A DNA stretch of 64,000 bases from Octopus vulgaris (Eukaryota): contig OX597818.1 of assembly GCA_951406725.2 (NCBI GenBank), positions 127,472,001 through 127,536,000 of the forward strand, read 5' to 3'. A model generated the notes under the pieces. The model searched no databases. It worked only from the letters and a program-made list of their open reading frames with translations, and was not told where the DNA came from. The position numbers and the translations under genes are program-made. Below are positions 1 to 12,600 of the stretch, one piece after another; the first letter of the stretch is position 1, and every line of letters starts with the position of its first letter.

Positions 1-290
1 AGAAACTTTCCTTCCTGCGAAAAGCAAATCAATTAAAATTCTGAGATCTTTTCGCAGAGGGGTAAAAAATGGTAAAAAAACAGGACAGTAACGACAGTAC
101 AAAATATAAACAGTAAAAGACAGGACAGGGAAAAACAAGATAAGAAGGGCTGTTCAGAGTAAGCACAGATGGGAAGAATAGTACTCAAATACTGGAAGTA
201 GAGTAAACCAAAACTGTGATGAATGGGAAAGTGAAACTCTGATTAACAGTTTTAGTGGTGTCTTTGCAGCTTTATTAATAAAGTATATAT
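1..290. mobile_element. Fragment of the Penelope-like terminal repeat family also at 48.6-49.15 kb and 51.05-51.41 kb
   Basis: Bases 1-110 (agaaactttccttcctgcgaaaagcaaatcaattaaaatt...gacagtaacgacagtac) are nearly identical to ~51309-51410. The Penelope assignment is inferred from foldback ends and hammerhead motifs in the other copies. Confidence 0.6.
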
Positions 291-295
291 ATATA

Positions 296-524
296 TTTCT
301 TTACTACCCACAAGGGGCTAAACACAGAGTGGACAAACAAGGACAGACAAACGGGTTAAGTCGATTACATTGACCCCAGTGTGTAACTGGTACTTAATTT
401 ATCGACCCCTAAAGGGTGAAAGGCAAAGTCGACCTCGGCGGAATTTGAACCCAGAACGTAACGGCAGATGAAATACGGCTACGCATTTTGCCCAGCGTGC
501 TAACATTTCTGCCAGCTCGCCTTA
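296..524 (-). mobile_element. SINE family B (tRNA-like head ggcgagctggcagaa, central domain, tail 1)
   Basis: Reverse complement matches the many-copy unit ...gagttcaaattccgccgaggtcgactttgcctttcatcctttcggggtcgataaattaagtaccag...agccccttgtgggtagtaaagaaata. It sits in (TA)n. The central block resembles the conserved MetaSINE/Sauria-type domain. Confidence 0.85.
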
Positions 525-1732
525 TATATATATATATATATAATGGATACTTGTATCATGGCCCTGGTCACGATAACTAAAAGATACTATAAGAACTATT
601 TATTACCAATAAGAGAGCACAATATGCCTGAGCACTAAAGTCCAACAAATCATGCTTCTATACTCTTAAGTTTAATCAGAGTGGTTTTAATACATCCTCA
701 ACACTAAACTTCTTGTTTCCTTTTTTTTTTCTAGCCACCTTCTATTTCCCTCCTTTCTCTTTCTTCTGCTCATCTTTTCTTCCACCTCCTTCCTTGCTCT
801 CCCCTTTAATGTTCAGTTTTTCTTTCTTTTTCACCTCCTCTTTTTTCTTCCTATTCTCTCTCTTCCATTTTACATCTTTGTTTCTGTTTTTATCTCTTTT
901 CCTTCCTCTTCATTCTCCACCATACACTGTCTTTCCCAACATACATCCCCTTACTATGCATCTACTACACTGTCCTCTCTCTCTCTCTCTCCTGTATTAC
1001 TCATTTCTTCTGTGGAATGGTCAGTTATTTTTTTTCTTCAGATTTTTAGTATTTTTTTTGGGGGGGGTATTCTTATTGTTCTTTTGCTCTTCGGCTGACT
1101 TCTGTGATGACATGTAAATTCTGTGTGTGTGAAGAGAGAAGAAAGATTATAAGTAAAAGAATAAGTAATTTAAAAAATCCTAAAGGGATGCCCCAGCATG
1201 ACCACAGCCCACTAGCTGGCAGACTCTTCACAGAATTGGATTTATGGGATTAAACTGAAGTAGAGTCAAATAAATATATAAAGAGACCGAGAAAGTGAGA
1301 GTGATGACAGTGAATCATAACTGACCTAGACGTTGACCTATTAGCCACAGAAAAGGTCAGTTGCCCATGTTGTATCACTGGTACTGCATCAACATTGTGT
1401 TCACCATGTTACAGAAACATTTAACTCTGAATGTGGTCCCTGAGTCCAGTTCACTGTAAATACAAGTACATTGGGAGGTGGAGAGAAATGGAAACTTAAA
1501 AGCAGTGTCATTAATTTGTGGTGCTATGTTTGAATCCTGCCAGAGGCTGGACTGCATCTGTACCATGTACCTCACGTGAGTTTGAACCTGGTTAAGGATG
1601 ATGAAATCTCCAGTGTTGGTTGCTAATATGATGAGATCTTGAGAGATGGCCCTCAAGTTTTTTAGATTGGCCTCTAATGTAATATAAGATCTCCAATGAT
1701 ACCCTCCCCCACAATGTAATTCAAGGTTTTTA

Positions 1733-1981
1733 TTTTACACTATCCATACAACAGAGGCATACAAGCATCTTTTTATCTATAGCTATGAAATCCCATATGG
1801 ACAGTTAAAAGATGCATGTGAGGTTCTTTTCTCTCAGATTTGACAACATAGCAAGTAGAACACATATAAGCATCTTTGGGATATTACAGCTGCCTGTGAG
1901 CGATGCATATATGGCCCACTAGGATTTCATAGCTATAGATAAGAGATACCAATGTGCATCTATAGTATGGATATTGTTAAA
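1733..1981. mobile_element. MITE with ~60-bp imperfect terminal inverted repeats
   Basis: tatccatac...ttatctatagctatgaaatcc (1741-1793) is inverted at ggatttcatagctatagataag...gtatggata (1922-1973). Confidence 0.7.
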
Positions 1982-3273
1982 GAAATTGTACAAGAAAAAA
2001 ATTTAAGGAAAGGAAAATTTGCTGAAAACCACTTCATTTATCAATAGAAAATTTGGTGGCTGAATTAACTCACCCTATGTGTACTGCACCACCCCTAAAT
2101 GTCCAAAGGTTTGATTAAAGGTATTCCAGCCATAACCACTCTACCTTTAATTCAAACATTGTGTGTCTAATACATTACATCATCATTTGTTTTGTTTTTT
2201 TAAGACAATAGAACGGTTTGAGAAAGATATGGCTTCCTCTTGTGTGTGTGTGTGTGTGTGTGTGAAGGATTATTAAATGTTTGTGGGTTTATTTTTTTTT
2301 TTAAGTTTCTCTTTTTTAAAGAAAAATAAATGAAAAAAGAAATATTCACATATAATTGAAGGACAAGAGAAAAAGATCGACTTTTTAAATCTTGTGTTTT
2401 TATTTTTCATTAAAAAAAAAAAAATAAAGCAAAAAATGTAAAATGCATAAAATATACACTGAAAATGTTTTTCTTAACACCAATGATGGACATATTTAAT
2501 AAACGGAACTTTGAATCAAACAGTGTTCAGCATATGGTTTTTGTACTGTGTCAACCAAACCCCTTTATCTCAATACCACCAGCCTAAGAGGGCCTGATAT
2601 TGCAATGGGTACACTGGCCTATTACATCAGACTAATGACAAGCCTGGTGGTGAACTTGCTTGTATTTGTTTACTGTTAGTTACCCCTGGAAAATCCATGG
2701 GTGATCAATGTTCAATGTTATAGTTGATTACTTGCAACAAACTGTATATAAAGGGATTGATTGAATAAAATATGCTTGTCGTTGTCATTTAACACCTGAA
2801 ATAATATATAAATATACACCCAGTTACCTTTAAATGTTGCCATTGCTGGCAAGGGTCTCAGCTCAAAGAGTCAACAGGGTATTTGAGTAACAGCCAAAGA
2901 ATCAGTGGTCTACATTCTGACCTCCACCACAGGTTTGTGCATCTGTTGCCAAAATCACTTTATATTTAATCAAGATAATAGGTGTCACATGGTGAAGTAA
3001 TTATTTCTGTAGATATATATATAGGTACAACATCAATTTTCTGGAACTTTTGGTTGCGAAACCTTTCCAGATTACTGATTTTTCTGAACCAGAGGTGCTT
3101 GTTTTAGTCAACACACTCTAAATGTTTCAAATATTGAATTTACTTAAAATAATAAAATGAAATACAGGTACCTATACATTAGTGTAAATTAGTGCAGATT
3201 ATAAAAGTTTTTGGACTATCAGTATCTGGAAAGTTGGTGTTGTACTTGTGTATGTGTATCTATGTATATATGT

Positions 3274-3307
<34 letters not shown>

Positions 3308-4344
3308 GCATGCATGTATGGATATTTAGCACTTTCTTTCTTGTGAACAACAGTGAGAAGGGATTGTCTGTTCGATTAGGGCAGAACAAATATCACAGTA
3401 CTTTTTGTTCGGATGCACTAGTTTATTAGTTTTACACATGCATATACATGTGTAACAAACTCCTGCACACTGTTTCCGACTTTGAAATTCCGCTCCCAAA
3501 GTATTAATCAGTCCAACACTAGGTTAGTAGACTCTAGCTGAAGAAGTCACACAAAAGTATAAAACCTGAAACCTTGTGGCTATGAAACATATATCCTCTC
3601 CATAAAGACATTGCTGCAGAACAAACACCACAAGGTATTGTATTCATTGTTCTTCCAACTCTGCCAATAGATAAGTGTTTGTGTGGAGCCATGTGGAGGA
3701 GTGGTTAGAGAGCTTTTCTCATAATCAAAGTTGTGAGTTCTGTTCCTGCACAAGGTGGTGTTTTTGATTTGTTTACAACACTGACCTCATTCGTTTATCA
3801 CTGGGATAATCTTTGTAGAGTTAACTTAATCCAAAATACACTGCATTAGTGGTCACACTATGAAACATTGGGTTGTGAAATATTCCACATTTTCAAAATT
3901 AATCACTAAATCTAAGAGATTTGTTAAATCTAGAATTAAACATTGATTTCTAAAATCAAGATATTTTCCTAATATTTTACTTCTTTTTCTTTTTTTACAA
4001 GGGATTTTTGTAAGAAGGGTGTACAGTCTATTATTGACTCAACTTCAATATTTTTGATAGATGTATCTCATGTGATGTAGTGGGTGAAAGGAAGACAAAA
4101 ATTGACTCCTGAAACTGAGAAGGCAAAAACTAAACACTATTGCAGTTCTGTGCTAGATGCAGCAATGACTATTTGGATAAGAAGCTTGCTTTACAACTAC
4201 ATGGGTCTGAGTTCAATCCTATGATATGGTACTTTGGGCAAATGTCTTCTACCATATTTCAGATAGAAACTATGTAGAAATTTGTAAAGGTAAATGGTAA
4301 AGGTAAATATATAGTGTGACCAACTGAGACAATGGATATTATCC

Positions 4345-4545
4345 AACCATCTTATTCTTGGTCTACCCCTTAGGTCTTCTGCCAGTTGGCTTGGAGAATC
4401 TATCCTGAGATTCTTTCCTGTGATGTTCAGATCATGTGTCCATGGTACCAGAGCTGTAACCTCTCAATGCAGACAAGTAGAGGTTCAATCTGGGGAGACT
4501 CTCTTATATTCTGAGCTATGCACCCTTTTGAGTAACATTATTCTA
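4345..4545 (-). pseudogene. Decayed RTE-clade LINE ORF C-terminal fragment
   Basis: The minus strand translates to EPLLVCIERLQLWYHGHM...RGRPRIRWLDNI, matching the RTE RLRWFGHV...RGRPRxRWxD motif, with frameshifts. Confidence 0.65.
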
Positions 4546-5197
4546 GCGATGAACATATACCATCTCTCTGTTACAAAAAAAATACAATATTAAGGAAATC
4601 TGCTGACTATAGATGACTGTTTATCCCACAGATTAATGTAATGTAGTGATTATTGCAGTAATTAATTAATGTTGTTGATTTTTGTAATTGTGGACTATTC
4701 CATGACCTATTGGCTCACAGGGCTTCTACCACTGAAGATTTTTGACTTCATGCAGGGTTTCTTGGTTAAGTTGGTTTAACAAAGACTATGCCTTCCCAAG
4801 CTATACCTGAGAGAAGTGGGTAGCTGAAATCATGCTTTGCAAACTTGTAACAAATATGTCAATTTTACAATGAGGCCACTGCTTAGAGTAGTGAACTAAA
4901 TGCAGTATTGCATTCAACAGTGCCCACAAGTATGCCTTAAGTTTTTGAAGCAAATTGGAAAATATCAGGATATCTTTTTAATGCACTGCATTAGAGCATT
5001 TATTTTTTTTCTTCACAGCAAAGTGCAATGCATGTGCCCATATCTGTTTCAAAAACAACTTTGGTACTTGTTTTATTTATATAATAAAACATTTAAAAAG
5101 CTAATGGTGACCTGTCATAACAATTTGAGTAGTTTATTCAGTGTGCCTTGTCTTGATAAAGATTGAAAATTGCTGCTTTAAACATTTGATCACTTAC

Positions 5198-5270
5198 TGC
5201 AAATGCTATTAGTCTACTCTTGAAGAAATGTCTGCTTCAGGCACTTCTGAAGCAGCAGCAACTAATACAA
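5198..5270 (-). other. Candidate exon
   Basis: Acceptor ctaattttaatcttttacag| with a CTAAT branch-like motif, and donor GCA|gtaagt. Splice signals only. Confidence 0.35.
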
Positions 5271-5706
5271 CTGTAAAAGATTAAAATTAGGTATTCATAG
5301 CTGCATTCTTATCTCATGTTGTTCAACATATCCTGAAAATTTTGTGAACCTCAACAAATACACATATTTTCAAATGTTCCTAACTGTATATTTTGTATGA
5401 ATATTTATTTAATGTACCCTTTCTATTAACTGTTGCATACACCATTTCTTATTTTCCATATTCTATATTCATTATGCTTCTTCCCCAGACCTATTTAACA
5501 ATTTTCTCCAAGCTCTAATTGTCATTTATTGCAGCCAAAGAAAGAATAACAGTTCTAACTATACTCAGTAATCCTGACCTCCAAAGAGGACCAAAGCAGG
5601 CCAGTGTGTCCAGAATGGAGTTCTATGCCCCATATATGCCTTGTAATATATTTAGACTGTTAGGTCTGTAGGTTGTTGGTTTAGCATTTTGTCAGCTGTT
5701 ACTGAC

Positions 5707-5801
5707 CTGCTGAAAACAGAATTGACACTGATATATTACTGGTATAAGTGCCTATATATTTATTAATCCTTTGTATGCTGCTTACACATATTTCAATGTT
5801 C
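5707..5801 (-). other. Candidate exon
   Basis: Acceptor ttttatcattcttccag| and donor CAG|gtcagt. One open frame (NIEICVSS...ILFSA) is phase-compatible with the 5198-5270 candidate. Confidence 0.35.
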
Positions 5802-6778
5802 CTGGAAGAATGATAAAACAGAGCATAGAGAATATAAGTAAATTTGTGATTGCTGTTACTCTGTTGCAGCCTACTGTTGGTGTGTATTTTGTTTTCCTTC
5901 ATAGAATAAATATAAAGGAAGGTGTGCTTGGACTCAATTGAATATCCCCTTCATCCCTGTACATCACTGGTGTTTTATCATAATCAGATTTTGAATGTAA
6001 ATAACACAAATATTAAATGGCTGATTAGTTAAGAAGTTAGCTTCACAAACATGAGGTACTGGATTCAATCCCACTACATGTTATCTCAGGCAAAAGTCAT
6101 TTTCAAAAGCATTGAGTCAACATGTTCTTTGTGAATGTAATTGGGTCGGCAGAAACTGTGTAGAAGCTCATTGGTGGGATTCTACCTATAATTCAAAAGG
6201 TACTCTGTCCTACTGATTCTGTCTGAGGCTTACATTACAAGTACATGTGACAGTGAAATGCTCAGTCACTTACAAACTAATTCAATGAGTAATACAATTG
6301 AATTGTGATCTTTGAAACCAACTGAGATCCAATAACTACCATTTCTATAAATCTAACACCTTCCATACAAAGAAATAACTAAATCTTATCAGGTTGGACA
6401 ACGGTCCATTACTTGAAGATGTGCAAAGACATTTTTTTTATATGAATTTATTTTTGTAAGGGAAAGGACATTAAAGGGATTTTAAGCAAACCCCAGCATA
6501 TAACCAGTACTTATTTATCAACTTCAAAATGTTGAAAACAGTCGACAATCACTTGTCCATATGAGAACTTGAACTCAAAAACAATGAAGTGTAATGAAAC
6601 AAATTAGAAAGAAGTACTCATGATCAATTTGTTTAATATTCCAGAAAGTTTATCAATAAAGAAGAATGAAGTGCAATGATTAAGGTCAAGCTTGACAGGG
6701 TCTCCTTTCCCTGCCAATTCATTGAAGCCCATTTCATTGACCAGTTTTGTAAGGCAGTTGATAGGGACAATTGGAAAC

Positions 6779-6942
6779 TCCACTACACTCTCGGAGTGGT
6801 TGGCGTTAGGAAGGGCATCCAGCTGTAGAAACACTGCCAGATCTGACTGGCCTTGTGCAGCCTTCGGGCTCCCCAGACCTCAGTTGAACCGTCCAACCCA
6901 TGCTAGCATGGAAAGCGGACGTTAAACGATGATGATGATGAT
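6779..6942 (+). mobile_element. Retroposon 3' tail family D (RTE-type 3' UTR or RTE-tailed SINE) ending in (GAT)n
   Basis: cactacactctcggagtggttggcgttaggaagggcatccagc...ggacgttaaacgatgatgat. The 3' end is fixed and the 5' end variable across many copies. Confidence 0.8.
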
Positions 6943-7246
6943 AATCCATTCATGCACATCACTAATTGTGTGACAAAGCATCTGATTCATGTGAGGAGGC
7001 AGATATATGTACTATGTAGTATACTAGTATTTAATATATTTACCCTGTTTGGGTAAAGTGTTGTAGATGAGTATCAAAAACATAAATAAGTAAATTTTGG
7101 TTGCAACTAAAAAATGAAAATAGAAGAGATAAATATAAGTATATAATCATATATAAACATTAATATAATAAAAGAGAATGTCAAATACATGGTAAATATA
7201 TAAGGAATACAGCAAATATAATACAATATTATATTATAATACAATA

Positions 7247-7411
7247 GGCGCAGGAGTGGCTGTGTGGTAAGTAGCTTGCTTACGAACCACATGGTTCCGG
7301 GTTCAGTCCCACTGCGTGGCACCTTGGGTAAGTGTCTTCTACTATAGCCTCGGGCCGACCAAAGCCTTGTGAGTGGATTTGGTAGACGGAAACTGAAAGA
7401 AGCCCGTCATA

Positions 7412-7460
<49 letters not shown>

Positions 7461-7655
7461 CTGTGTTTGGCCCCCCAACATCGCTTGACAACCGATGCTG
7501 GTGTGTATACGTCCCCGTAATGTAGCGGTTCGGCAAAAAGAGAACCATAAAATAAGTACTAGGCTTACAAAGAATAAGTCCCGGGGTCGATTTGCTCGAC
7601 TAAAGGCGATGCTCCAGCATGGCCGCAGTCAAATGACTGAAACAAGTAAAAGAAA
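7247..7655 (+). mobile_element. SINE family A (tRNA-derived, internal (TA)n(TG)n), full length
   Basis: Head ggcgcaggagtggctgtgtggtaag with B-box-like gggttcagtccc, and 3' end gctccagcatggccgcagtcaaatgactgaaacaagtaaaaga. More than 10 copies in the window. Confidence 0.9.
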
Positions 7656-8191
7656 AAATAATATATATAAACATTAATATAATAAAAGAGAATGTCAAAT
7701 ACATGGTAAATATATAAGGAATACAGCAAATATAATACACACACACGCACAAGTACTTAATCCATCTTTGGTCAGATGCATAGGAACATGGCTAGGAAGC
7801 AACTGAATATGATACAATGCAGCACATTGGGCAACAGAACTGATCATCAACAAGTTAGAAAAGAAGGCACATTATACAATGGGACCAGACAGCATATCAT
7901 ACCGACCAAGAAACCTTCAACTACACAATACAGAGGCTGAACAACCATTTCCAGTTATGGCCAGGATTTCCATGTTTTAAAAAGTCTGAGATGAAGAATT
8001 CATCTAGAATTAGTGCCAAATGTTTTCTCTTAGAGGTATGTGGAAGACAGAGTAGAACAGCTCTATTGCTTTTCCTAGACAGTAGGTTAAGTGTACCAAG
8101 CTTAGCTCTATAGCATAGATTTTTCTTAAAAGCTTTATCTATGATTCCAAGTACCAGCAATACCTTGTCCTCTGCATTGGGCGGCTTCCTC

Positions 8192-8679
8192 GCCTCGACT
8201 GGCTTCCGTGCAGGTGGCACGTAAAATGCACCAATCCGCCTCGACTGGCTTCCGTGCAGGTGGCACGTAAAATGCACCAATCCGACTGTAGCCGATGCCA
8301 GCCTCGCCTGGCACCAGTGCAGGTGGCACGTAAAATGCACCAATCCGACTGTGGCCGATGCCAGCCTCGCCTGGCACCAGTGCAGGTGGCACGTAAAATG
8401 CACCAATCCGCCTCGACTGGCTTCCGTGCAGGTGGCACGTAAAATGCACCAATCTGACCATGGCCGATGCCAGCCTCGCCTGGCACCAGTGCAGGTGGCA
8501 TGTAAAAAGCACCCACTACACTCACGGAGTGGTTGGCGTTAGGAAGGGCATCCAGCTGTAGAAACATTGCCAGATAAGACCGGAGCCTGGTGCAGCCTTC
8601 TGGCTTCCCAGATCCCCGGTCGAACCATCCAACCCATGCTAGCATGGAGAACGGACATTAAATGATGATGATGATGATG
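8192..8679 (+). mobile_element. Family D element with a tandem modular array (46-bp and 63-bp units, order X X Y Y X Y) followed by the (GAT)n tail
   Basis: Units start at 8192, 8238, 8284, 8347, 8410 and 8456. All share gtgcaggtggcacgtaaaatgcaccaatcc or a near copy. Confidence 0.85.
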
Positions 8680-9202
8680 TGCTCTTATAGGACAGCTGTG
8701 CACCTCAACCATCTCATGCATTTCAAGCCTACTCTCTCACATATGAAGCAATCCAGCACAAATTTGTAATCACTCAAACCTTCGCCTATGATGCTGTAGC
8801 CTTTCAGTGATTACATGGAATGCACAGCCTTATTCATCACATACAGCTCTGATATGAGTTCACAGGACTGTCTTTTACATTTCTTGCCTCTACACTAGTT
8901 AGAATGGTACCTGAGCAGATGAAACAGACCACTCTTTCTACTACATTTGTGGCATCAGTAAATTAGTTTTCCTCCTTTCTCAGAAGAACCAGAGAAATAC
9001 CATGGAAACAGGAGACAGTACAACCTGATGCTCATGCATAGTATTTCAAAGCAGGCCTCATCCACCATCAGGCCAGTAAATTTCTAAATGTAAGCTGAGA
9101 AGTCAGTGGCCTTTTGACAGGAAAGCTGTCTACCCCATAGTGGCAAGGTGTGTGAACCATAATCAAGTATGAATTTGTCTGGTTTTTCCTTACATATTCA
9201 GC

Positions 9203-9705
9203 ATCATCATCATTTAACATTTATTGTCCATGGATTGGACAGTTTGACCAGGGCTGGCAAGCTGGAAGGCTGCACCAGACTCCAGTATGGTGCAGCCTTC
9301 GGGCTTCCCAGACCCCAGTTGAACCATCCAACCCATGCTAGCATGGAAAGTGGACGTTAAACGATGATGATGATGATGAACCCTGAAAGAATAAAAAGCA
9401 AAGTTGGCTTTGGTGAGGTTTTTGCTCACAGCATAGAGACCCAAAAGAAATATTGCTATGTTTTTTGGGGTTATTTTTTGTTAAAATTTTTTTGTGATGT
9501 GCTAAAGATTCTGTCAACTCACTGCCTTTACAGCTACATCATCATCATTGTTTAACATCCTCCTTCCATGGTTTCTATGGCTGGATGCCCCTTTCCTAAC
9601 ACCAACCACTCTGAGAGTGTAATGGATGCGTTTACATGCCACTGGCACAGGTGCCATTTGTGTGACACCAGTATCAGTATCTGCCATGACTGTGATTTTA
9701 CTTGG
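9203..9705 (-). mobile_element. Family D tail interrupted by an insert (9288-9570) shared with 21950-22206
   Basis: The minus-strand tail (catcatcat...ggctgcaccagactcc) resumes at atggtttctatggctggatgcc after the insert. Confidence 0.75.
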
Positions 9706-9815
9706 CTTGTGATAGTAAAATATTTACTCCAGGAGCTTTGCTTAGATATAAGGAACATAAATCAGAAATGGTTGTTTTTTCCGACAATGAACTTCTACAG
9801 TATATTATGACCGAC

Positions 9816-9959
9816 CAGTAGGAGCCATCCTGTTCCAAATTGTTCACTGGTTTAATAGTGTCTGGCTGCTATTTGACTCCTTTCTTTGTCTCTTCCATTT
9901 CATCTCTTCACACACAGTCACCCATAAATGACTAGACCAATCTAGAATGATTGAACCTA
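9816..9959 (-). other. Candidate exon
   Basis: Long pyrimidine tract ending gctgtctcag|tag| (NAGNAG), and a weak donor CTG|gtcggt. Confidence 0.3.
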
Positions 9960-10249
9960 CTGAGACAGCAACCAAAAGAGAAATAAAAATAATGGAAAAT
10001 AATGCAGAAAAGACAACAATATCTCTCAGGCCTAGCTTTAATCACAGATTTAAGTGTTCTTACTATAACAAAGAGGCATTCATTAAGATTAGACGTGTAA
10101 ACATTCATAATACTGCTACTGATGTGTTGTGTCCACTGGACACTTACAAAACTGATTCTAATCTTAATTTCCTGTTGAAAGGTTTATAACAGTAGAAAAG
10201 GTATCGATATGTAGCATAGCACATTGAATTGTGCCTCTGAGTTACTCAC

Positions 10250-10307
10250 ACTCATGTTCTACTTTTAACAGTCTACACAAGTGGTTAGTAGTAGCAGCGT
10301 CATACAA
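10250..10307 (-). other. Candidate exon
   Basis: Acceptor ttgttattttacag| and donor AGT|gtgagt. Open frame LYDAATTNHLCRLLKVEHE. Confidence 0.35.
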
Positions 10308-10400
10308 CTGTAAAATAACAATTCATCAAAGAAATACAAAAGAGAACATTCCTTTTACATTGCATTGAAAAATGTAAAACAATCCTTCTGTTTTATAGTA

Positions 10401-10625
10401 TTAACCCTTTAGCATTCAGATAAATCTGTCAAATGTTATGTATATTTATTCATATGTTAAATTAATTATACATTATCTTGAAGATGTGAGATTTCACTGA
10501 TGTAATTGTTTATCTCCAAAGCGACGTTGTAGGGTAGGTGTGAGAGGCCAGGTCTGGCTGGTTTGAAAATTAAACAGGTAGAATATTTGGGCCAAATATG
10601 ACCAGCTTAAATATTAAAGAGTTAA
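10401..10625. mobile_element. piggyBac-type MITE (~225 bp)
   Basis: TTAA-CCCTTTAGC start, degenerate right end taaagagTTAA, and a body homologous to four other copies. Confidence 0.75.
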
Positions 10626-10942
10626 AATAAAGGTAGTTTGTTAAAGGATCACAGGTTGTTTTCACTGTTAAATGGAAGGCATGTTTTTATCAGACAAGAG
10701 TACTCCTAATAACATGGCAACATTGATGAACTGAAAGAGAAAATTAGAACAGTTAACAAAAACAGACAAGCAAAAAGAGAAAAATATTGCAATTAACCTA
10801 TGGGATGCAATTCATAGTACTAAAACGGTAACAGAAGCAAATCTTAATTACCAATTTGTGATTCTCAATGTGCTGAGAAGTACATAAACATGTATATATA
10901 TAGATATGTATTCATTTATGAATATGAGTTTGCATACACACT

Positions 10943-10984
<42 letters not shown>

Positions 10985-11090
10985 CTCAGACATGAGATTG
11001 TAGACAGTCAGTTTGATAGAATACTAAATGTTATTGGTGGAATGTATTATATATATGCCACTTGTGTTTTAACTATTATACTTATGTACA

Positions 11091-11132
<42 letters not shown>

Positions 11133-11219
11133 ATAAACTCAATTATTTTTCTCACTCCACTATCATAAACCTATGATGTGATAACAGTCAAGTCTGAGGT
11201 AATCAACTACATGAAATGT

Positions 11220-11503
11220 GATCACGTGATCACGTGACCGACCAGTTCATCAGATGTAGTTACACATCGCTGGTCACAATGCGTTCGCATTGTTTTAGCT
11301 TTCGAATGACGCCACTCCACTGGCTAAGCGAGCAGGCCAACAGAAGAAAGAGTGGTGAAAGAGTACAGCAGGGATCACCACCCACTGCCGGAGCCTCGTG
11401 GAGCTTTTTTAGGTGTTTTCGCTCAATAAACACTCACAACGCCCAGTCTTGGAATCGAAACCGCGAGTCCGCTGCCCTAACCACTGGGCCATTGCACCTC
11501 CAC
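11220..11503 (-). mobile_element. tRNA-derived SINE with a family C head and an alternative tail ending in (CACGTGAT)n
   Basis: Head tggaggtgcaatggcccagtggttagggcagcggactcgcgg. 11-bp TSD acatgaaatgt at 11209-11219 and 11504-11514. Confidence 0.85.
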
Positions 11504-12353
11504 ACATGAAATGTAAGAACATTTATCCATCAAGAAGTATTCCATGTTATGTGTAGAAATAATGTCATAATCAGACAAATCCCAAACAGCATCCATATAA
11601 ACCTAATCCACATTTATTGAGGATGGTTGTCAAATTAGTGATCGCAATCAACTACTTTTAAATAAACACAAATACAACACTTCGTAAATACTTGAGAAAA
11701 TGTTAGACGTAAAGTAGCTCCTCTATATACTGAGAGAGTTTTATTTCCCAATGGTCCAGCATTTTTGTTGACTTTGTTTTGTGGTTCAAGTCCTGAGGCT
11801 GATCTTTACAGGGAGGGATTTAATTTATTTTATTTTGTTTTACATATGTTTGGTTTTTTTCATTTCCCATGAATGAGATGGTTTCTGCAAATTTGGACAT
11901 ACATAATATAAGGATTTTTTTTTTTTTTTCTGTTAGAATTGTTTCTTTCTTTCTTTTCTTTTAGCTAAACATTCATTCATTAAAAAGTAGATATTGATAT
12001 TATTTAGTCCCAGTTCAGCCTTGATCGAACAGGTGTATTTTGAGGGAATTTGGCTGTGATTTCTAGCAACCAGTTTGAATGGCCATATGTAGACTCCTGG
12101 GTTGGCCTAAAATATGTAAGTGTTGAAACCATTTGCCAGTCTGATTAAATTAAGCAAGCATTAGCAATAGTAGGGTTAAAACTGGAGACCATATGGTCAA
12201 TAGTCAAACCCATTTCTAAAGCCAGTAGGTTTTCTCTACAACAGAAATTTAAGATTTGCCTGTGTTTCCTTCTTTATTTTCTTCATGTTTTTAACAATAC
12301 AATTTTTTTCTTTATTTCCCCTCCTTTCTTCTTTCATTCCATTTTCATTTCAG

Positions 12354-12391
12354 AATAAAGTCTGATGTCATTTATCTTTAGTTTGTTCCAA
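12354..12391 (+). other. Candidate 38-nt non-coding exon
   Basis: ~50-nt pyrimidine tract ending tttcag| and donor CAA|gtgagt. Stops in all three frames. Confidence 0.3.
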
Positions 12392-12600
12392 GTGAGTAAC
12401 TACAATCTTTCATGAAATTCTTCATTATTTATCTATCTCTACATATTTTTGTGTACTGTTTACTGTGACTGTTACTGTGTATGTAGATTTGTCTTTGTCT
12501 AATGTGATAAATACATGTACAAAAAAAGTACACCAGTTTGGGTTGTTCCATAACATTAGTATGAAGTAACATCATAGTATATAAGTGTACTCTCTTTTTT

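Noticed and set aside
713-1117. 134-aa F/S/L-rich ORF
   Set aside because: Low-complexity pyrimidine tract with a non-ATG start.
1375-1715. Minus ORF with a CGGGYHW knuckle-like stretch upstream (possible gag remnant)
   Set aside because: The motif is incomplete and no LTR or pol features are nearby.
8192-8514. CRISPR-like repeat-spacer appearance
   Set aside because: The 'spacers' are only two recurring sequences, the array runs into a retroposon tail, the DNA is eukaryotic and there are no cas genes.
9860-9910. MKWKRQRK resembling the end of homeodomain helix 3
   Set aside because: The upstream WFQNRR is absent in any frame or adjacent candidate exon.
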